Shown here: one piece after another, positions 31,878 to 64,000 of the stretch
Layout of the letters: each line of letters begins with the position of its first letter
Numbering within the stretch: position 1 is the first letter of the stretch
Assembly (NCBI RefSeq): GCF_009914755.1
Contig: NC_060930.1
Length of the DNA stretch: 64,000 bases
DNA from: the human T2T-CHM13v2.0 reference genome, Homo sapiens
Reading direction: 5' to 3' (one strand)
Notes under the pieces: model-generated
The model's input: only the letters and a program-made list of their open reading frames with translations
What the model was told of the DNA's origin: nothing
The model's database searches: none
Program-made: the position numbers and the translations under genes

Positions 31878-33106
31878 TCAAGGATTCTGGCATCCAGGAT
31901 GCCCTCTCGAGGGGCCCAATTTGAGGGGCAAAGTGCTGAGAGCACTGATGTTGGGCTGCAGTGGTTGGATCTTCATGCTAATATTTTAATTTTGAAATAG
32001 TGCAAACGTATAGAAAGCAAGGATGGATACAACAGCCTTTTCCATACACTGGATAAACATGCTGGACATAACGCTGCTCTGAGTCAGGCTTGGTATTGAG
32101 CAGCAGGACTCCCAGATGAGTATAGCCAGGTGTCTGCCCTTCCAAGTCTTGCAGCCCAGTGCTTGGGTTATGAAACCTTTTTCTGAAAAGCAGTGCAGCT
32201 TTGTGGCTGGGAGGTCCAATCCCAGCCCCTCTACCACTTGGATATGTCAGTCTCTTCAGCCCCACCTTGGTCACCTGTCAAGTAGGGATAGTGCCTCAGA
32301 TGATTGAGAAAACACATGTAAATGTGCATACACAAGTAGAAGTTAAGGCCTTTTCCCCCTCAAAAAAATATATTTGCCCTAGAGTCAAATGCATACACAA
32401 TGTTCAGCTTTTTTTTCTAAGGTTCTTACTATGTTGCCCAAGCTGGCCTTGAACTCCTGGGCTCAAGAGATTCTTCTGCCTCAGCCTCCAAGTAGCTGGG
32501 ACTACAGATGCACACCACCATGCTCACCTGGCTGATTTACTTATTTTCAAACCTTTTTGGTAAAACATTCAGAAGCTTGCACATATCACAAGATGGATTT
32601 TTGTAAACCACACATCTGTGTAACCAGCCACCAAATCAGCGTGAAGACCTTTACCCGCAGCCAAGCCTGCCTCTGTTCCCCTCTCCCAGGTGCTCTTCCC
32701 AGCTCTGGGGTAGCCGCTGTCCTGACTGGTAGTAGCTTAGATGAGTTCTGTCTGTGCTTGATGGAAATGGCATCGTACGCATCTGCTTTTACCTATATAG
32801 TGTTTTGCACACGTGTTAACAAATCTGTGTGGCCTGTACTCTGACGGAAAATACCAAACCAATGATAATTAAGTCATGAGGCAGTTGGCGTACAAAGAGA
32901 GGTACAAACCCTTAATGTGCCCCCCAACCCCCACCTTGCTAAGTCCACCCTTCTCCATGACCTCTGACGTCAGTATAAGACAGAGAAAGGCCCAGGTTTA
33001 TAGCAGGTCAACCTGGAAGACACCCTCAGAGGCTGAAGAACTTGGCCCAGAATTGAAGAGACCAGGACTCCAATAAGGTCTAACATCTCTTTGAGAGTGG
33101 CCTTCT

Positions 33107-33401
<295 letters not shown>

Positions 33402-33990
33402 TCACCCACCTCCTTCTACCTGGGCCTGGTCCTTTCGCAGCCCCCTTCCCACCAACATAGCCCTCTAAACGCCCCTAGCCCCCACACAGCTCTGGTCTGA
33501 CAGCACTGCCGAGGATGCCCACTAACTTTCTGGCATTCACCATAGGAGGGCTTTCATTTCCTCTTTCTCTTTTTGTGTCTAGAGCAAATCACATACCAAG
33601 GCAGGACAAGAGGACAGCTCAGCAGAGCTGGGGGTCCCTTACCTGACCCATGGTAGGGCAGTTAGGCAGGTGCACCTCCCTCAGCCTTCACCTCCACCAG
33701 AAGAAAGAGACATACCAAACAGTTTACACACAAATTTATTTGGGAGAAACATCCAGGGACTAGGGGACAAGAGAGGAAACCTGGTGGGCAGTAGGGCTGG
33801 GGGTACAGAGTAGCAGTAAGTGTGCTGAAGGGCGTCAACCAAGAGGAAGAGCCAAGGCTGGGGTCCAGTGGCTGGAGGGAGGCAAGGAGGGCTGGTATGA
33901 GGGACTAGAAGTCCTGGCCAAGCCCAGATAGAAGTCAGGAAGGTGGCTGGAAACTGGTGGAATTTTACACCAAAGTTTGCTGCAGTCACA

Positions 33991-37407
<3,417 letters not shown>

Positions 37408-37869
37408 GACTGCCTGCTGGCCTCCAGTTTGGGCTTATATTGGTGGAAGAGAGGTTGGCCAAGAGGAAGGAGAGAGGCAACACCAGCTCAGGGTGGAAAT
37501 CAGTGCCAGACCAGCCAGAGGGGCAGAATGTTCGCACCCACAGCCACTCTGGGGCATAACATCCTGCTTGAGGGCAGGGGACCAGCAATAGGGGAATGAG
37601 AAAAGGAACTGTCTTTCCTATTAATTGGACAGATGTTTATTGAATCACTGCATCAGATGCTGGGGATACAACCCTGCACAAAGTCTCCACCCTCACAGGG
37701 CACAGTCTAGTAGGGGAGACAAGTCCACCAGCAATGATGTGGGGAGGGCAGAGTGCTGCCAGGAGCACCTCGACAGTTAAACCACTGACCAGAGGGATTT
37801 CGGCAGAGGAGTAACTTGATCGGATTTCTGTTTATAAAAGATTGCCATGGCTGCACATTGCATTTGGGT

Positions 37870-38950
37870 CAAGAGTGGAGGCCGCCGGGAAGTAGGACGC
37901 TATTCCCGAGTCCGGTCACAAGATGGCGGACTGGTCCGGCAGAAGACGAGCAGGGACGAGGAAGCGGGGCTAATGAACCTGAGATACAGTTAGAAGACTG
38001 GACAGATTTGCTGTTGGACTGAACGAGGGGTGAGGGAACAGGGGTAGGCTTGCACAAGGAAGTGGTACCATTTTCCAAGATAGGAAACATGTGGTCTGTC
38101 TCAAAAAAAAAAAAAAAAAAGCAAATAGGGGGTGCCCAGTCCCACTTCTCATACCCTGGGGACACCTGTCAGACATCCTAAAACAAGGACACCTGGATCC
38201 CAAGCGATACGTACTCAGCTCAGTGCTCCCTTGGGGTTCCAGGAACCCAGCGCCTTCCCTCACCTCATCCTTTTTCCTGCCCCGCCTGTGCTCAGCTGCG
38301 GCTCAGTGGGCCTGAACTCCGGAGCCCACAGAATCTGGCGCTGGGCGTCCGCTCTCCGCGCCTGACCGCACCTCAGAACTCCGGTAGGACGGGGGGGTGG
38401 CCCCCCGCTCAAGCTCTGTTCCCTGGGGAAGAAACCTGGAAAGTGCGAACCGCGCGTCGGGACCCAAGCGTCGGGCCCCAGCGGACATCCGGAGCCCGAA
38501 GCGGCTCCCCAGGAAGGCGGCGCCGTAGCGCCACTCTCCCTCCCAGGCGAATTCTGGAGACCGCGGCCCCAGGCGTCTCACCCATTTTCTCCGCTGGGGA
38601 CCCGCTGGGCTCCCCATCCACGCCTACTCGGTCCCCACCCCACCAGCTCAGTCTTGACTCAGAAACTCAGGGTTTTTACTTTTAGGATCGTTGGGCTGTG
38701 CGTTAGGGGAGGAGGTGGTCCTCAGCGTCCTGGAACGACACCACCTGCTCCAATTTCCCGTCTGGAGGTTCTGGTCGAGGCTCCGAACTCGGGTTCCCTG
38801 CTACCTCCCAGACTATTCAAGAATTATCCAGTCCCAGGATGATAAGGGGGAAGATGGGAAGAAACAGACGGGAGACGCCCGCCCAGAAAGACTGCGGGAA
38901 GAAAGAAATTCGAGAGGAAACTGCACGCCACTGAGCGCCTCCCAAAAGCC
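37870..38950. promoter_or_regulatory. CpG island upstream of LY6G5C
   Basis: CpG-rich; YY1 AAGATGGCGG ~37920; ETS CGGGAAGT ~37887. Confidence 0.6.
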
Positions 38951-38981
38951 TTGGAATGAATGAATTTAAAAACTATATTAG

Positions 38982-40700
<1,719 letters not shown>

Positions 40701-41392
40701 CGCCTGAGCTCCCCACCCTCTTGGGCCCTCCACCTCCGGAGCCCTCACTCGCTTGTGACAGCTGTACGAGAAATACATGCCTCTCCTAGGAGCAAACCCT
40801 CAACCCAAACAGGCAGCACAGAGCCAGTCCAGCACCTCACACTGGAGGCACTCAGGGTGGAGCCCAGGTCGATGAGACGGCGTAGGATGAGGCTTTTTGG
40901 CCCAGCTGGGAACCACTTCTTTCCAGATTTCCCGTCCAGAGTCTAACTTTCCTTTCTCCCAGCGCCATCTTTTCTGCTAGTTTGCCCAGCTCCTCAGGGT
41001 GCCTGGACTTTCAGGCCTCACCTTGTGTCCAGTATAGCAGGGTCCAGCGCCCCAGCAACTGGGAAGGTCTGCATCTCTGCTGATCATCCCCTGGAACTGC
41101 TGGAACTTTGCTATATAGGGTGAGGAGTGGACAGGGGCCTGCTTCCACCCCTGGGTGGGGATTAGTTCTGAAAACAAACACAGCTGCTCTGAACCTTATT
41201 GCATAGGGAGTAATCTGAAGTAGGCTGAGGCCCCTGGATGGGGGGGTTCAGAATTCACATGTTGAGCCTACCTTTCTTTCCCTACCCAATTTCAGGTATC
41301 TAAGGGCCCCTCAGGTCATCCACTGTTGTCTACAATTACATGCAGTAAGATGGGGGAAAGTGGCAGTAGGGGCAGTTCAGCAGAGTCCCTAA

Positions 41393-43224
<1,832 letters not shown>

Positions 43225-44245
43225 CTGCCAGGCAACAAACCAATGGGTGGAAGAGGGATTTATTCACTGTGTTCCACAAGGTCCAAAGTTAGAGATAGAT
43301 GGCAGTTATAGGGAACCAATTTCCTCAGGTACAACCTAAGCATCTTCTCCTAACAGAGCCGTCCAAAAGGCAAAGTATGGCTCTGAGAAGACATGAGTCC
43401 TTGGCACCTGGCCCTCCGTCCCTGGCAGGGCCTGTGTTTGTTGAACTGCAAAAAGGCTGTGAGGACAGAGACTTGATGACATGGCAAGGTGGGTGTGCAG
43501 GGTTTGCTGCATAAGACGTGGGGAGCAGGCCCTTCCTCACTCTTCACCAAGATAACAAGAGGTGAGCAATGAAAATTGGGGGTACTGCTAGTAACACCAT
43601 GCAGGTTGAACCTGGAAACCAGCAGAAGCACTGGGTAGGTGAAATCGGATCCTAGAAAGCTCATGAGCCGTAAGCAGGAGGGGGCAACCATGGGCTCCTG
43701 GGGTGGTTGTATGCAGGAAGAACTGAAGAAGGAGGCGGGAGGGGCCAGGGAGGCTGCACAGTTGTGATAACAGTAGGCACATCAGGGACCGGGGAGGTTT
43801 GGGGACCTGCTGCCTGAGGAAAGCTCAGGTTAGGGGCTGAAGGCCTAGGGGGACACAGAGATGGGAAGGGTTAGATTAGCTAGATTGTCTAGAGTTAGGG
43901 TTTCCCAAAGCCCAGCTCTTTGGGGCCTCTGCTCTCCCCACTACCTGCCCCTGGCTCCCTGGACACTTGAGAAGTTATACAATTAGCCTGATAGTAGAAA
44001 AAATACCTTTTTATTAATTATTAGGAATAATCCATTCATGTAATGCAGGATGTATGTTGGAGAAGGTTAAGTACAGCCACATGAATGAGGGGAAACGTGC
44101 AAGAGGAACAGTGGTGAGAAGGGGGATGGTCCCCCACTTTCCACAAACTATAAACAGCAACATGAACACAGAGAATCACAAATAAGAGGGTCTTTCCTCA
44201 TGTCTCCTCTCACCCCATTCTTCCATAATGAGTCCCAGTTGGTCC

Positions 44246-60316
<16,071 letters not shown>

Positions 60317-60743
60317 GGCCCCGGCTCGGGCCGCTGCTCTTCCAGCAGCAGGTCCCCCTGCCGGCCCCGCCCTCCCTGCCTCTGAGGTGTTGTGTGCCCT
60401 TGACGTCAGCCCGTACCGGCTCCGCCTCCGGGCGAGTTGCGACATTTTCAGTGCTTCCTGAGAAGAGTTTCGCGCAGTTGGAGCTACGGGTACAGCAGTG
60501 GTCCGAAACTAGTGGAAGACCACTAGAACGCGGAGAATCAGAAAATTACCGGGCATGGTTCAATAATTTTTTTCTGTCTCATTATTGGCAGACTCTAGAG
60601 CGACAGCGGAAACGAGGGGTGAGATTAGGAGTACTTGATAAGAGTAACCGAAAACATAAGGTGTCTAGGAATGTATCTAGTACAAGAAATGCAAGGTTTT
60701 ATGAAGAAAACTATAAAAAGTTATTGAAAAGGCAAACTGGCCC

Positions 60744-63560
<2,817 letters not shown>

Positions 63561-63739
63561 TCATGGCTGACCTTTCTTAGGAGTGAAAGAGACCTCAGAA
63601 TGTACTTCCAGACTGACAAGAGCTAGACAGGCAGGACCACTTCTCTGCATGGTTTTTTGCATGGAAAGTCTTTATTTGAGCCCCTTAGCTGATGTGGAAT
63701 CAGAAGAGCAAAAAGGTCATCTTCAGAGTGGCCTGGGCT

Positions 63740-63900
63740 GGGTCCTTTTCTCTCCAGGATAGAAAAGTGGTGGTCACTTTATCCCTAGTAGACATGCTGC
63801 TGGGCTTTATCGCCCCAGCATTCCCATCCCCTCCAGAGCCCCTTGTCACTCCAGACCAGCGAGTGTGGGCCTTTATCTGGACTCTGCTTCCTCCCTGGGG
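63740..63900 (+). promoter_or_regulatory. GATA-site cluster of the LY6G6F (megakaryocyte) promoter
   Basis: GATA/TTATC motifs at ~63758, 63779, 63807 and 63873 in a CpG-poor, TATA-less promoter. Confidence 0.55.
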
Positions 63901-63941
63901 ACACCAGGTCTTGGAGCAAGAGAACTTGGCAGGCTCTCCCC

Positions 63942-63993
63942 ATGGCAGTCTTATTCCTCCTCCTGTTCCTATGTGGAACTCCCCAGGCTGCAG
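63942..63993 (+). CDS. LY6G6F: LY6G6F (G6f, platelet Ig-superfamily receptor) first coding exon, signal peptide; gene continues beyond window
   Basis: CCATGG start; MAVLFLLLFLCGTPQAA; donor CAG|GTAAGG; expected neighbour of ABHD16A. Confidence 0.85.
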
Positions 63994-64000
63994 GTAAGGG

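Noticed and set aside
43350-43782. Cys-containing ORFs downstream of ABHD16A as a possible hidden Ly6 paralog
   Set aside because: No LU-domain cysteine spacing (CxxC...CCxxxxCN) and no convincing exon structure

Overview
Human (primate) genomic DNA from the gene-dense, Alu-rich MHC class III region on chr6p21.33. I recognised the genes from their translations and walked every exon along its GT/AG boundaries. Order: 5' two-thirds of BAG6/BAT3 (-, runs off the left edge), APOM (+, 188 aa), intronless C6orf47 (-, 294 aa), GPANK1/BAT4 (-, 356 aa, Y1-RNA retrocopy in its last intron), CSNK2B (+, 215 aa), LY6G5B (+, 201 aa), LY6G5C (-, 150 aa), ABHD16A/BAT5 (-, 20 exons, 558 aa, hosting the tailed mirtron MIR4646), and the first coding exon of LY6G6F (+) at the right edge. 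The summed exon lengths give intact ORFs of the expected sizes. I found no evidence for a wholly new gene system, because this is a well-studied locus. The most interesting signals are in RNA processing: (1) a recursive-splice-site (AG|GTAAGT) exon in LY6G5C; (2) an identical palindromic 12-mer at both ends of ABHD16A intron 12, next to the catalytic-serine exon; (3) a TG 3' splice site in BAG6; (4) in-frame N-terminal extensions of CSNK2B and GPANK1 arising in their shared bidirectional promoter; (5) CSNK2B-LY6G5B read-through phase compatibility, plus a stop-containing retained intron and an inverted-Alu 3' UTR in LY6G5B; (6) an unnamed zinc-finger-like motif in GPANK1. Repeat boundaries are approximate and were read by eye.
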